Of a stretch of 64,000 bases of DNA, positions 24,960 to 38,500 are shown in pieces; position 1 is the stretch's first letter; each line of letters opens with the position of its first letter. The stretch lies in assembly GCF_021869535.1 (NCBI RefSeq), contig NW_026262604.1:36766001-36830000 (forward strand), in the 5' to 3' direction. Position numbers and translations under genes: made by a program. This DNA is from Mytilus californianus (Eukaryota). The notes below the pieces were generated by a model. That model ran no database searches, had not been told where the DNA came from, and saw only the letters and a program-made list of their open reading frames with translations.

Positions 24960-27900
24960 TTCAAGACAACAATCTCGATAAAACTGACCTCGACGAGGCT
25001 GTCTACATTACACTGCTGAAGTGCATCCTTAAAACGCTCAACGAAGCTGGTGTTGAAAGAATTGTTCTCTGTTACATCCTTCCGAGAAAAGTTCCTAACA
25101 GAACATCGACAGAATCTTAAAACCAACGACGAAATCTCATAAATAATCGCATTCGGTTACTAGCAAAGGAACACCAACGGCAACAGAATATCTACAAATT
25201 TCCGTCGTGGATTACGAATAAACACCTGTTCTGTTCAAATGGCATCCACTTCACTGAGTTTGGTATGGTAAAGTATTACTCCTCCATCAAAGCTGCAATT
25301 CTTAAAACCAGGGCCATTGGGACAAACAGGATGCTTGACAGAGCCAGAAGATGTAACTCTTCTTGATTAAAAAACGGCCCTTTTAAGGGCCACCAATATT
25401 GTTGAAAAAGAATAAAATTGTTGTACATTAGATCAAAATCTCATAAAAGCTAAACCCATTCTTTTTTAAAACACTTCCGTCTTTTATTTGATATCCTAAT
25501 ATTTCTTTATCTATCAAAACGATATTTGCATTTATATAGGAATCTATTACATTAAATTTAGTTTAATTTCTTAAGTAGGTATTTGAAGGTTATCATTGCG
25601 TTTGCAATGGCTGACTCAACATTTTACAGGGAATGCGAATGAGGTCGATGCCCTAGAACAATATATCGACAATCTACATGAAATTCATGTTAGTAACACT
25701 CAGAAAAGTATTAGTTCTGATGTGGATTCCACTAGTTTTAGGTTGGACACTGACAGTGAAGTTGGTATATCCGAAAATGAAGAGACCAACAAGTGGCACA
25801 CACATGACTCAATAAAAGGAAGATTAACATCTCTCCTGGTATTAAGGGTTATAGCGAAAGCATACAGAGTACAGTTTAAAAAGGCTAATACAATAAGTAG
25901 ACTTGATGTAGCCAAAACGGCTAACAAAGCGAAGAAGTTTTTAGCGGGTGTTAATTTTATTTATAAAGAAATTAAACTGGGCCTAAAAAACCCATTTTTA
26001 ATTCAAAAGCGGTTTTATTTTAATATGTCTGGTATTATAATGAATTTGAATAAAATAAAAACAGGAAATTTATTTGTAGACAATGGTCAATTTAATGAGT
26101 TAAAAGTTAGAACAAATTAGAGTGGGGAATCAGGTTAAACATGCCAAATGTTATATCCACCTCTATCGGGTGTATTTATGGATTGATTGTTGGTTGCTTA
26201 ACGTCCAGTGGCAAATATTGCATGCATATCCAGGACGAGAACAAATTAACAATTAATACAATAGGTAGGTTCTGTAATAGGGGCTTTCGGGATTAAGGTC
26301 GGAAAAATTTCGAATGCCACGGGAAATGAGGGTATATTGGATAGGGACAGAAATTTAGCCTTGCAAACAGGTCACCTACGGACCCCTCAATTGATTGATT
26401 GTTGGTTGCTTAACGTCCAGTGGCAAATATTTCATGCATATTCAGGACGAGAACAAGTTCACAATAAATACAATAGGTAGGTTCTGTAATAGATTAAGGG
26501 ATTAAGGTCGGAGAAATTTAGACTGCCACGGGAAATGAGGGTATATTGGATAGGGACAGAAATTTAGCCTTGCAACAGGTCACCTACGGACCCCTCAAAG
26601 AGTTGTTGCAAGGGTTCTTAACGTGCAAAGAGCGTGGCACTCTCTTAACACGAGGCATCGGATTTAACGTCCCCATTCTGACCGGACGTGGCTGCAAATT
26701 TGTACATCCCGCACAGCCAAACGGACGCCCCACTTTAGCAAGGGTTTTACTGCCGGTCGGAGGAAGACCAATGGTGACCATACTTCTATTCCCCAGTCAC
26801 CCTTGGGGGGAATTAAAGAAAGAGAAGGTAGGTTCAACTACCCTAATTTTTTTATAATACTCCTGATCTATTGCGAAGAGTTAATCTGGGTTTCAAAACA
26901 TATAAAGTCAAGTTATTTGTTAAAAAATCTATGCAGTGCTATGAATGTCAATGCTACGGCCTTGTGAAAAATGAATGTACAAATATACACATAAAGAAAT
27001 ATGTGTCAGATGTGGTGGAACACATACCACAACCCACTGTATTACCCCCTCCCCCAAATTGTATAATTGTAATGAGGAACATCCTGAGAGTAATAACACA
27101 GGTTGCGAAAGAAAAGTGCGGTTTTAAGGAAGCACGAACGGAGGTTAAACTTGTAAATAAAGAACAAGAAAGTGCATGCTTAAAACGCTGAACGAAGCTG
27201 GTGTTGAAAAAATTGCTCTCTGTAACATCCTTCCGATAAAAGCCCCTAATAGAACATCGACAGAATCTTATAACCAACGACGTGATCTCATAAAGAGCCG
27301 CATTCGGTTACTGACAAGGGAACACCAACGGCGACAGAATATCTACATCTCAAATTTCGTCGTGTATTACGAATAAATACCTGTTCTGTTCTGTTTGCAT
27401 CCACTTCACTGACTTTGTTATGGTAAAGTATTACTTTGTTATGGTAAAGTATTACTTTGCCATCAAAGCTGCAATTCTTAAAATCAGGGCCATTGGAACA
27501 AGCAGGAGGTTTGGGAGAGCCGGAAAATATAAGTCTCCTTGATTAAAAACGGTCCTTTTAAAGGCCCACAATATTGTTCAAAGGGAATCAAATTGTTGTA
27601 CATTAGAAGTTGGTATGTCCGGAAATAAAGAGGCCAACAAGTGGTACACACAACTACACAGAAATGGAACATTAACATCCCTCCTGGTACAAAGAGTTAT
27701 AGCGAAAGTTTACAGAGTACAGTTAAAAAAGCTCATACTAGGAGACTTGAGGTGGCCAAAACTGCTAACAACGCGAAGTTTTTCTCGGTTGTTACTTGTT
27801 ACTCGGGGAATCAGGGTCAACATGCCAAAAGTTATGTTCATTTCTTTTGGGTGTATTTATAGAACACAAACAGATTTAAGTACAGGACAGGATAAGGAAG

Positions 27901-30900
27901 CCCTATAGGCATATCAGGTTTTCAAAAAAGAAGAAATGATCTTCTAGGAAAAATTAAAGAAAGAGAAGTCTAACATCCTTCCGATAAAAACCCTAACAGA
28001 ACATAGATAGAATCGTATAACCAACGACGAGATCTCATAAATAAGCGCCTTCGGTTACTGGAAAGGGAACACCAACGGCGACAGAATATCTACGAATTTC
28101 GTCATGAATTACGAATCAAGACCTGTTCTGTTCTGATGGCATCCACTTCACTGACATTGGTATGATAAAGTATTACTTTGCCATCAAAGCTGCAATTCTT
28201 AAATAATGGGCTATTGGAGAAAGCAGGAGGCTAGTCAGAGACAGACGATATAAGTCTTCTTGATTGAAAAACGGCCCTTTCAAGGGCCACCAATATTGTT
28301 AAAAAACAATCAAATTGTTGTACATTAGATCAAAATCTTATAAAGCTAAACCCATTCTTTTTTAAAACACTTCCGTCTTTTTGTTTGTTATTCTTATATT
28401 TTTTTATCAATAAAAAATGATATTTGCATTTGTATAGGAATCTATTACATTAAATTTAGTTAAATTTCGTAAGTAGGTATTTGAAGGTAATCATTGAGTT
28501 TGCAATTGCTGACTCAACATTTTACAGGGAATGCGAATGAGGTCGATGCCCTAGAACAATATATCGACAATCTACATCTACAAACGCAAGTTAGTAATAC
28601 TCAGAAAAGTATTAGTTCTGATGTGGATTCCACTAGTTTTAGGTTGGACACTGACAGTGAAGTTGGTATATCCGAAAATGAAGAGGCAAACAAGTGGCAC
28701 ACACAAAAAAGGAAGATAAACATCCCTCCTGGTATTAAGGGTTATAGCGAAAGCATACAGAGTACAGTTAAAAAAGGCTCATACAATAAGTAGACTTGAG
28801 GTAGCCAAAACTGCTAACAAAACCAAGACTTTTTCGCAGGTGTTACTTTTATTTATACAGAAATTGAACTGGGCCTAATAAACCCATTTTTAATTCCAAA
28901 GCGGTTTTTTTTTACTCTGTTGGTATTAAAATGAATCTGAATCAAACTAAAACAGGAAATTTATTTGTAGATTATTTTAACAATGGTCAATTTAATGAGT
29001 TAAAAGCTAGAACAAATTAGAGTGGGGAATCAGGGTAAACATGCCAAATGTTATATCCACTTCTATCGGGTGTATTTATAGAACACAAACAGCTTTAAAT
29101 ACTGAACAGGATTAGTTAGCTTTGAAGGCGTATCAGGTTTTCGAAATAGAAGAGATGAGATGATCTTCTATGATAATTTAAGATGTAAAAGCAGGTACGT
29201 TCATCTATTCTCAAATTGTTTTGTAATACTCCTGATCTACCGTTTTAAAACATATAAAATCAAGTTGTTTGTTAAAATGTCTATTCAGTGCTATGAACGT
29301 CGAGGCTACGGCCTCATGGAAATTGAATGTACAAATAAGGAAATATGTGTCAGATGTGGTGGAACACATACCACAACCCATTGTAATGAGGAACATCCTA
29401 AGAGTAATAACAACATGAACAAAGGTTGCGAAAGAAAAGTGCAGTTTTAAGGACGCACGAATCAGAGGTTCAACTTGAAAATATAGAACAAGAAAGTGCA
29501 TCCTTAAAACGCTCAACGAAGCTGGTGTTGAAAAAATTGTTCTCTGTAACATCCTTCCGAGAAAAAGCCCTAAACAGAACATCAACAGAATCTTATAAAC
29601 AACGACGTAATCTCATAAATAATCGCCTTCGGTAACTGGCAAGGGAACACCAACGGCGTCAGAATATCTACATGTACGAATTTCCGTCGTAGATTACGAA
29701 AAAAACCCTGTTTTGATGTCATCCAATTCACAGACTTTTGGTATGGTAAAGTATTACTCCGTCAACAAAGCTGCAATTCTTTAAACCAGGGGCATTGGGA
29801 CAAGCAGGAGGCTTGGTTGAGCCAGAAGATACAAGTCTTCTTGATTAAAAAACGGTCCTTTTAAGAGCCACCAATATTGTTGAAAAAGAATAAAATTGTT
29901 GTACATTAGATCAAAATCTTATAAAAGCTTATTTAAACACTTCCGTCTTTTATTTGATATCCTAATATTTTTTATTAATAAAAATTGATATTTGCATTTA
30001 TATAGCAATTTACTTTTACAGGAATCTATTACATTTGATTTCTTAAGTAGGTATTTGAAGGTTATCATAGCGTTTGCAATGGCTTACTCAACATTTTTCA
30101 GGGAATGCTGATGAGTTTGATGCCCTAGAACAATATATCGAGAATCTACATGAAACGCATGTTGGTAACACCCAGAAAAGTATTAGTTCTGATGTGGATT
30201 CCACTAGTTTTAAGTTGGACACTGACAGTGAAGTTAGAATTGCCAAAAAATAAAGCGGCCAACAAGTAGCACGCCCAATGACTCAAAAAAGGAAAATTGA
30301 TATCTCTCCTTATATTAGGAGTTATAGCGAAAGCATACAGAGTACAGTTAAAAATGCTCATAATAGAAGTAGACTTGAGGTGGCCAAAACTGCTAACAAA
30401 GCGAAGAAGTTTTTCGAGGGTGTTACTTTTATTTATATAGAAATTAAACTGGACCTAAAAACCCCATTTTTAATTCCAAAGCATTTTAATTAATCTGTTG
30501 GTACATGTACTAAAACAGGAAATTTATTTGTAGATTGTTTTGACAATGCTCAATTTAATGAGTTAAAAGCTAGAACAAATTAGAGTTGGGAATCAGGGTA
30601 AACATGCCAAAATTTATGTCCACTTCTATTGGGTGTATTTATAGAACACAAACAGATTTAAGCACAGCACAGGATTAGGAAGCCCTAGAGGCATATCAGG
30701 TTTTCAAAATAGAAGAGATGATCTATGATAAATTAAAGAAAGAGAAGTTAGGTTCAACTACTCTCATTTTTTTTTATAATACTCGTGATCTACCGCGAAG
30801 AGTTAATCTAGGTTTCAAAACATATAAAGTCAAGTTATTTGATAAAAAGTCTATTCAGTGCCATGAACGTCAAGGCTACGGCCTCATGAAAAATGAATGT

Positions 30901-32305
30901 ACAAATATACACATAAAGAAATATGTGTCAGATGTGGTGGAACACATACCACAACCCATTGTATTACCCCCTCCCCCAAATTGTATAAATTGTCATGAGG
31001 TACATTCTAAGAGTAATAACACAGGTTGCGAAAGAAAAGTGCGGTTTTAAGGAAGCACGCACGGAGGATAAACTTGAAAATAAAGAACAAGAAAGTGCAT
31101 CCTTAAAACGCTCAACGAAGCTGGTGTTGAAAGATGTGTTCTCTGTAACATCCTTCCGATATCTACGAATTTCGTCGTGGATTACGAATAAAGACCTGTT
31201 CTGTTCTGATGGCATCCACTTCACTGACTTTGGTATGGTAAAGTATTACTTTGCCATCAAAGCTGCAATTCATAAAACCAGGGCCATTGGAACAAGCAGG
31301 AAGCTTGGCAGAGCCAGAAAATATAAGTCTTCTTGATTAAAAAACGGCCCTTTTAAGGGAAGGGCCAACAATATTGTTCAAATGGAATCAATAAATATTG
31401 TACATTAGAAGTTGGTATGTCCGAAAATGAAGAGGCCAACAAGTAGCATTCACAACTACACAGAAATTGAAGATTAACATCCCTCCTGGTACAAAGAGTT
31501 ATAGCAAACGTTTACAGAGTACAGTTAAAAAACTCATACAATAAGTAGACTTGAGGTAGCCAAAACTGCTAACAAAGCGAAGAAGTTTTTCGCGGGTGTT
31601 ACTTTTATTTATACAGAAATTAAACTGGGTCTAATAAACCAATTTTTAATTCCAAAGCGTTTTTATTTTAATCTGTTGGTATTATTAAAAATTTAAATAA
31701 AACCAACTAAAACGAAATTTATTTGTAGATTTTTTCACAATGCTCGATTTATTGAGGTAAAAGCTAGAACAAATTAGAGTGGGGAATCAGGGTAAACATG
31801 CCAAAAGTTATGTCCACTTCTATCGGGTGTATTTATAGAACACAAACAGATTTAAGTACAGGACAGGATCAGGAAGCCCTAGAGGCATATCAGGTTTTCA
31901 AAATAAAAGAAGTGATCTTCTATGAAAAATTAAAGAAAGAGAAAGGTACGTTCATCTACTCTCAAATTATTTCATAATACTCCTGATCTACCGCGAAGTG
32001 TTAATCTGGGTTTTAAAACACAAGTTGTTTGTTAAAAAGTCTATTCAGTGCTATGAACGTCAAGGCTACGGCCTCATGAAAAATGAATGTACAAATTGTA
32101 CAAATAAAGAAATATGTGAGATGTTGTGGAACACATACCACAACCCATTGTAATACCCCCCTCCCCCAAATTGTATAAATTGTCATGAGGTACATCCTAA
32201 GAGAAATAACACAGGTTGCGAAAGAAAAATGCGGTTTTAAGGAAGCACGCACGGAGGTTAAACTTGAAAATAAAAAACAAGAAAGTGCATCTTTAAAACG
32301 CTCAA
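24960..32305 (+). repeat. Tandem array (five units of about 0.8-1.6 kb plus the start of a sixth) of SGNH-esterase fragment, spacer and gag-like ORF1 fragment
   Basis: Unit junction AAGTGCAT at 25019, 27170, 29494, 31093 and 32283, with a variant junction near 27975. SGNH: NNLDKTD...IVLCYILPR...DLFCSDGIHF. Gag: KTGNLFVD..., NLGFKTYKVKLF, QCYECQ.YG...C, CVRCGGTH...C, NC..C.E.H...C. All copies are frameshifted. Confidence 0.85.
26183..26810 (-). mobile_element. SINE dimer: full copy (26391-26810) joined to a 5'-truncated copy (26183-26390)
   Basis: Two (CAAT)n tails. No TSD, and about 90 bp of the array unit present in sister units is missing here. Confidence 0.85.
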
Positions 32306-32644
32306 TAGGTAGGTTCTGTAATAGGGGCTTCCGGGATTAAGGTCGGAGAAATTTAGACTGCCACAGGAAATGAGGATATATTGGCTAGGGACAGAAATTA
32401 TGCCTTGCAACAGGTCACCTACGGACCCCTCAAAGAGTTGTTGCAAGGGTTCTTAACGTGCAAAGAGCGTGGCACTCTCTTTACACGAGGCATCGGATTT
32501 AACGTCCCCATTCTGACCGGACGTGGCTGCCAATTTGTACATCCCGCACAACCAAACGGACGCCCCACTTTAGCAAGGGTTTTACTGCCGGTCGGAGGAA
32601 GACCAATGGTGACCATACTTCTAATCCCCAGTCACCCTTGGGGG
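32303..32644 (-). mobile_element. Meta-domain SINE lacking its 3' tail; terminates the tandem array
   Basis: Junction acgctCAAtaggtagg joins the array to SINE-internal aaataCAAtaggtagg. Confidence 0.85.
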
Positions 32645-33199
32645 TTTTGTCCATTGACATTACTTAATCATTAAAAGAGCCACAGTCTTCTTTAAGAAAG
32701 TAATAAGTAGGATTTACTCTTAGGATTGAAATAGGGTTAAACTTTATATTTGAATAAGGGTCAAGTATAGGATTTGCTTAGGAGTATGTATTTAAGGAAA
32801 TGATTATTGTTGAATATTGTATGTTGCATTGTGTAAATATATGTTTTAGTGTGAATTAAAATATGAAAATGTTTTATCGTCTTACTGATTTACGAAAGAG
32901 AATCAGTTCCTAAAACCCGGAAGTAGTTGTTGTATGTGGTCTTGTCATCTTTCGTAGTTAAATAACTTATTGTTTCCCCTGGTTTGGAACTTTGAATTAA
33001 GACTATTCTATTGGTACGTTGTGTTGACTTTAAATATGGGCATTGCTTAGGCATCGACGTTCCAAGAATCACTCAACATTAACAAGTACCTAACATAAGA
33101 ATCCGCTTCATATTTAAAGGCCAGACTGAAACCAGAAACTTTGACTGCTTCCGGTTACAGAAGTAACGTCAACCAGTAAATTTGAAGTTTCAGCCACTA

Positions 33200-33590
33200 G
33201 TATTAGTATTATGTATAGCCAGAGACGATTATTGATTGTCAATGTATTCGATCCTCAACTTCATACATAACAGAAAGCCTATCACGATACTTTTATAGAT
33301 TAATTTGATACAGATTTTATTTTGTGTGGAGATTTAAATGCTCATCACAATGTATTGGGAAGTGAAATAATAGACACTAAAGGCAGAGAATTAGCCAATT
33401 CAATTTTAGAATAATATTTTACTATAAATGAACGATTAACTACACGCCTGAATCCTTCTAACCTTAAAACTGTTTGTATTGATTTAGCCTTTTGTAGTAT
33501 GAATTTATCTCACAGGATTGAGTGGTCAGTTTATTAAATTACTGCTCTAAATACTATTCACTTTTCTATTCCACTTAAAATAGACATTAA
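33200..33590 (+). mobile_element. LINE apurinic endonuclease fragment
   Basis: FILCGDLNAHHNVLGS..IDTKGRELA...TTRLNP....CIDLAFCS..L...IEWSV...HF motifs. Confidence 0.75.
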
Positions 33591-33600
33591 GTCTAAGTTG

Positions 33601-33659
33601 GTCTATGGAAAGGTATATACTATGAAACTTAATTTCATAGTATATATCTTTCCATAGAC
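33601..33659. repeat. 59-bp near-perfect palindrome (27-bp arms, CTTAA loop)
   Basis: gtctatggaaaggtatatactatgaaa-cttaa-tttcatagtatatatctttccatagac, with one G/T mismatch. Confidence 0.9.
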
Positions 33660-34248
33660 TATCCAATTTAGCACATATTTACAACTCGAGTAATCTTTTA
33701 ATTGGTCTATTGATAGTTTATTTTGGCTGACTACTTGTATCACAGGTGTTTGTAAAAAGGAGCTCATTAACGAAGTTTTGTAAATCTACTCACTAGTATT
33801 ATTGTAAAATATGTGATTTCAAAAGGCCCTTCACTCCAGAATGAAAAGATGGTAGCTGCTGGTGTAAGTATGTATACTGATATAAAGCGGTGTTTTACTA
33901 TACATGTTCTTCTTACATGGTAAGATGACAAAATAAATTGACCAAAAGCAGGCAATAATTAAATTGCAGTGGAAGCTTTACATGTTTTGAAAACAATTTT
34001 TAATTTCACAGTAAAACTAAAGCTATAATAAATTTGAAACATAGAGATAGTTTGTCCCCATAGATATAGTCTAGCAGATAGCCATTAAAAAGCAACTACC
34101 AATAGATCAGAGATTATAGGTTTTGTGTTGTTTTTTTTTTTTTATTATTTCAAAGTAAAAACTAAAAGATTTATCAGAATATGTTTATGTATATATATAT
34201 AGGTGGCACATTATCTTCGGACATAATCACAGTTTTTCAATTCATGAC

Positions 34249-34313
34249 ATCGTCCTGAACATGCATGAAATATTTGCCACTGGACATTAAGCAACCAATA
34301 ATCAATAAATCAA
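34249..34313 (+). mobile_element. 65-bp SINE 3'-tail-only insertion with 12-bp TSD
   Basis: TSD tcaattcatgac at 34237-34248 and 34314-34325. Confidence 0.8.
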
Positions 34314-34909
34314 TCAATTCATGACGAAATAGATCACCTTCCTTAAGAAAGTTTAAAAAATTATCACCAAGTTGCTTTAATTTTCCTTCACAAGGTTTCA
34401 TAGTACACACTTTTTTGTATACAAAGTTATTGCATGGATGATACATTATTATAATTTTAAGATATCGTTGTACTCTAATCAAGGTATAAAGAGCCATCTG
34501 TATTACCCTTTATTTAAATGATAAAATTTGCAATTGTCAAAAACATTTTTTAGATCCAAAGATTTTAATAGCAGGATATTTAAAAGTCAACGTGAAAACT
34601 AATTACAAACTATTTAATTTAATTTGGAACACAGCATTTTATTTCAAAAAAAATTTTTGTTTTAAATATCTTGATTACGATACAATGAAATCTTACCCTT
34701 GTGGTCATTCATGCGTAGTTACTTAGTACACAGGAAAAGTATGTACTATGAAAATTAGAAGGCAAATATAAGCAATTTGATTGGACGAGAAGTTGTAAGT
34801 ATGTGCTAAGGTTAACATAAATAATAACTTTAAATGAAATTTTAAAAAACCGATTGGAAGAAATTTTCCAAACCTTATGATGAAAGAGTTTCAAGAGGCA
34901 GGTTTTGAC

Positions 34910-35427
34910 GAATATGGTCAATTTGGGTACGCACTAGAATCAGAGTATTCTGAAGAGGAGCTCAAGGAAATGAGTGATGCAGAAGGTTCCCGACATCACG
35001 ATATCAAAATCAAACCTCGCCAGTTTAACACTGATTGATGTTTATGTACTAAATGTATAGTTATGCCATTATTGAAGGAATGTCGATGTTGCCCCGAAAT
35101 TACTTTCTTCGGAATTAATATCGAATTGGGTGAATGTATCAGTGACAATACCGATGTAAGAAGTGTGCCTTTTTCTCCATCTCGAAACAAAATATATAAA
35201 ATTTTAGAGGTACATGCGCCATAGATGGAGAGCTCCATACGTACTAACTCACAGGCAAAGCAGACTAATGGCTTATCGTCAGTTTGTTTGTTATGTCAAA
35301 AAAAGTCAACTACTTGGCAAGAGAAACTTTACCAGCTTGTGTTGTAAACATCATTAGGAAAGAATTTCCGTCATAAGATTGCGTTTACAAAGGCCTTAGA
35401 GAATGTGAAAGTGTATCAACAACATGA
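34910..35427 (+). pseudogene. KolX / P2X7 cytoplasmic-ballast-like gene fragment
   Basis: GYALESEYSEEELKEM; CLCTKCIVMPLLKECRCCPEI...CI; RETLPACVVNIIRKEFPS*DCVYKGL. Contains frameshifts and a deletion. Confidence 0.75.
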
Positions 35428-35505
35428 GAAATTTCTTATACATTGACCCGACAGATCCCAACATTCACGACAGGTGTTATTCAAGGAATGAAGTACCACA
35501 ATTGC

Positions 35506-35513
35506 TATAAAAA
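35506..35513 (+). promoter_or_regulatory. Putative TATA box of the tyrosine-recombinase ORF
   Basis: TATAAAAA 40 nt before the ATG at 35553. Confidence 0.35.
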
Positions 35514-35552
35514 TATGGGCACATTCTAGCCCCTGGACTGATCAATCCCAGA

Positions 35553-38500
35553 ATGCCAACAAACTTAAAAAACAGCTCCTCAGTGGGTCAGATTGGACAG
35601 ACCGACAGAAAAACAAACACTACCTACCCGGCAACGTGTTCCACTTCCATTGCCAATGAGGTCAGCCCTGATACTCGTAATTTACAGGTCATTTTCAATA
35701 AGAGTAAGCTTGATACATGTCGCCAGCTCCCTGCACCTGCTTGGTCAGACATTGACGATGACAATAACATGGCAACTGCCAACAGAAGACAAGGCCAGCT
35801 CATCAGAGCCCTGTCGTATCCTTGCACAGATCTAGACTGACGGATGGGGACATTGCACGTTTATCCTCACCATCACCTAAAAAAACAAGAAAACGTATAA
35901 AACGTATTATAAATTCTGATTCGTCGGAGCTGGCTACTCCAAAGAAACGGCCCCGCAAAGTCCAAGCTTCGGCAATCTAGGTATCGGACATGGAGGACGA
36001 CACAGACGCTGACGAGGACTTTGACACGTCATATCCTTCCAAACGACGAGTTGGAATTCATCCTTATCGTCCCAAGGCAGTATTGTACAGCCATCTCGTG
36101 CTTAATACAATCATAAAGCATGAAGAGTTTTGAAAGAATATGCCAATATGGAGAGATATAAGCAAAAATGAGTACTCTTTGCCGCACTCAAAACGTCTTC
36201 TGTAGGCAATCATAAGAGCCCTAAAACTCTGGTCAAATCCCGACAGACATACCAACAGGGCACTCTTTGACACAATGTGTTCAAAACAGGCTTTTACAGC
36301 ATCCCGTTACAATACAGCCAACGTCCTATCTTTGTTCAATTCCATGCTTTTTTTATAGACTACCAACGAAAGAAGACGGTGACAAAACGGGCAAAAACTA
36401 CTTACGTCAGACAGGTGACAATGGTCCTTTGGCAACTGGAAAAATGTAACCAAACTTTAATCTTTGACCGCACTAATTGGACAAATGTCGCTATTCATCG
36501 GGTGTTTAATGACATACTGAAAACGGGGTATAAGGCCGCTTCACTTGTAGGGTACTGCAAAAATATGATAAAGTTTTGACTTTCTGAACACCTGGATTGA
36601 CGAATTGACAACTGACGACAGGACCCATATTAAGAGGTTAAGAGATGCCATTAACCAACTACAAAGCGGGTATGACGGTATGGAACGGACGGTCAACAGA
36701 CATACGCGGTGCAGTGACATCGCAGCCCAAAACCCTCCTAGTATCAACGAGGTCACAAAGGTTGTTCCACTAGCTGGACAACCTCCACTTACAATCCTGC
36801 ATCGTGCAGAGGACAATGATTATAGAATTACTAGTTCGGACTTAATGTTCCTAAATTCTTATTTCATTGCGAAGCACTGTCTGGAAAGTGCCCAGAGGGT
36901 CAGCATGTTCATCAACATGCGGCTCTCTGAATACTATACCGCCATCCAAACCACCAAGGTCATGCGCAACCTGATGGACGGACATGGGAATGTACTTACC
37001 GATGACGAGGGTAATGTTCAGCAAGAAACCAATTGTCATTTGTATTGCATAACACAAAACAAAGGAATCCTATGAAGGTACTCTGACCATAAGTTAACAC
37101 CAGGTCCAAATAATTGACACCTACATTAAGATAAGGGCTAAGGTACTGACCGATAAGGGAACAACTTCTGAAATGCTTTTGGTAAATTATGAAGGTAATG
37201 AAATAACAAATGGGTCAGACCTTATTGCAAGATTACACAGAAACGTGGGCAAGCCCAAACTCCGGCAATCGAGGTTTCGGACATGGAGGACGACACGGTT
37301 GCTGACGAGGACTTTGACATGTCATGTCCTTCCCAGAGACGAGTTGGAATTCATCCTTATCGTCCCAAGGCAGTATTGTACAGCCATCTCGTGCTTAGTA
37401 CAATCAAAAAGCATGAAGGTTTTGAAAGAATATGCCAATATGGAGAGATATAAGCAAAAAAGAGTACTCTTTGCCGCACTCAAAACGTCTTCTGTAGGCA
37501 ATCACAAGAGCCCTAAAACTCTGGTCCAATCCCCACAGACATACCAACAGGGCACTCTTCGACACAATGTGTTCAAAACAGGCTTTTACAGCATCCCGTT
37601 ACAATACAGCCAACGTCCTATCTTTGTTCAATTCCATGCTTTTTTTTTAATAGACTACCAACGAAAGAAGACGGTGACAAAACGGGCAAAAACTACTTAC
37701 GTCAGACAGGTGACAATGGTCCTTTGGCAACTGGACAAATGTCCCCAAACTATAATCGTTGACCGCACTAATTGGACAAATGTCGCTATTCATCGGTGTT
37801 TAATGACATGCTGAAAACGGGGTATAAGGCCGCTTTACTTGTAGGGTACTGCAAAAATATAAAAAAAGTTTTGACTTTCCGAACACCTGGATTTACGAAT
37901 TGACAACTGACGACAGAGCCTTTATTTAAAGGTTAAGAGATGCCATTAACCAACTACAAAGAGGGTATAACGGTATGAAACGGATGGTCAACAGACATAC
38001 GCGGTGCAGTGACATCGCAGCCCGAAACCCTCCTAGTATCAACGAGGTCACAAAGGTTGTTCCGCTAGCTGAACAACCGGCCCTTACACTGTCTGGAAAG
38101 TGCCCAGAGGGTCAGCATGTTCATCAACATGCGGCTCTCTGAATACTATACCGCCATCCAAACCACCAAGGTCATGCGCAACCTGACGGACGGACCTGGG
38201 AATGTACTTACCGATGACGAGGGTAATGTTCAGCAAGAAACCAATTGTCATTTGTGTAGTCGAACACAAAACAAAGGAGTCCTATGATGGTACTCTGACC
38301 ATTAGTGAACACCAGGTCCAATTATTTGACACCTACATTAAGATAAGGACTAGGGTACTGACCGATAAGGGGAAAACTTCTGAAATGCTTTTGGTAAACT
38401 TTGAAGGTAATGAAATAACAAATGGATCAGACCTTATCGCGAGACTACACAAAAAGTGGGCCTAAGAGTTTCATACAGCGTGACACAAGCGCGGAAGGCC

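Noticed and set aside
25019-25026. AAGTGCAT as proven microhomology for array formation
   Set aside because: The ancestral gag continuation is not in the window, so only the junction position is observable.
24960-32305. CRISPR-like or satellite interpretation of repeats
   Set aside because: Units are 0.8-1.6 kb decayed coding sequence in a eukaryotic context; there is no short repeat-spacer structure anywhere in the window.
33114-33200. TTAA|AGGCCAGACTGAAACC as the left end of a Kolobok carrying the 34910 KolX
   Set aside because: No matching inverted terminus found downstream, and an APE fragment intervenes.
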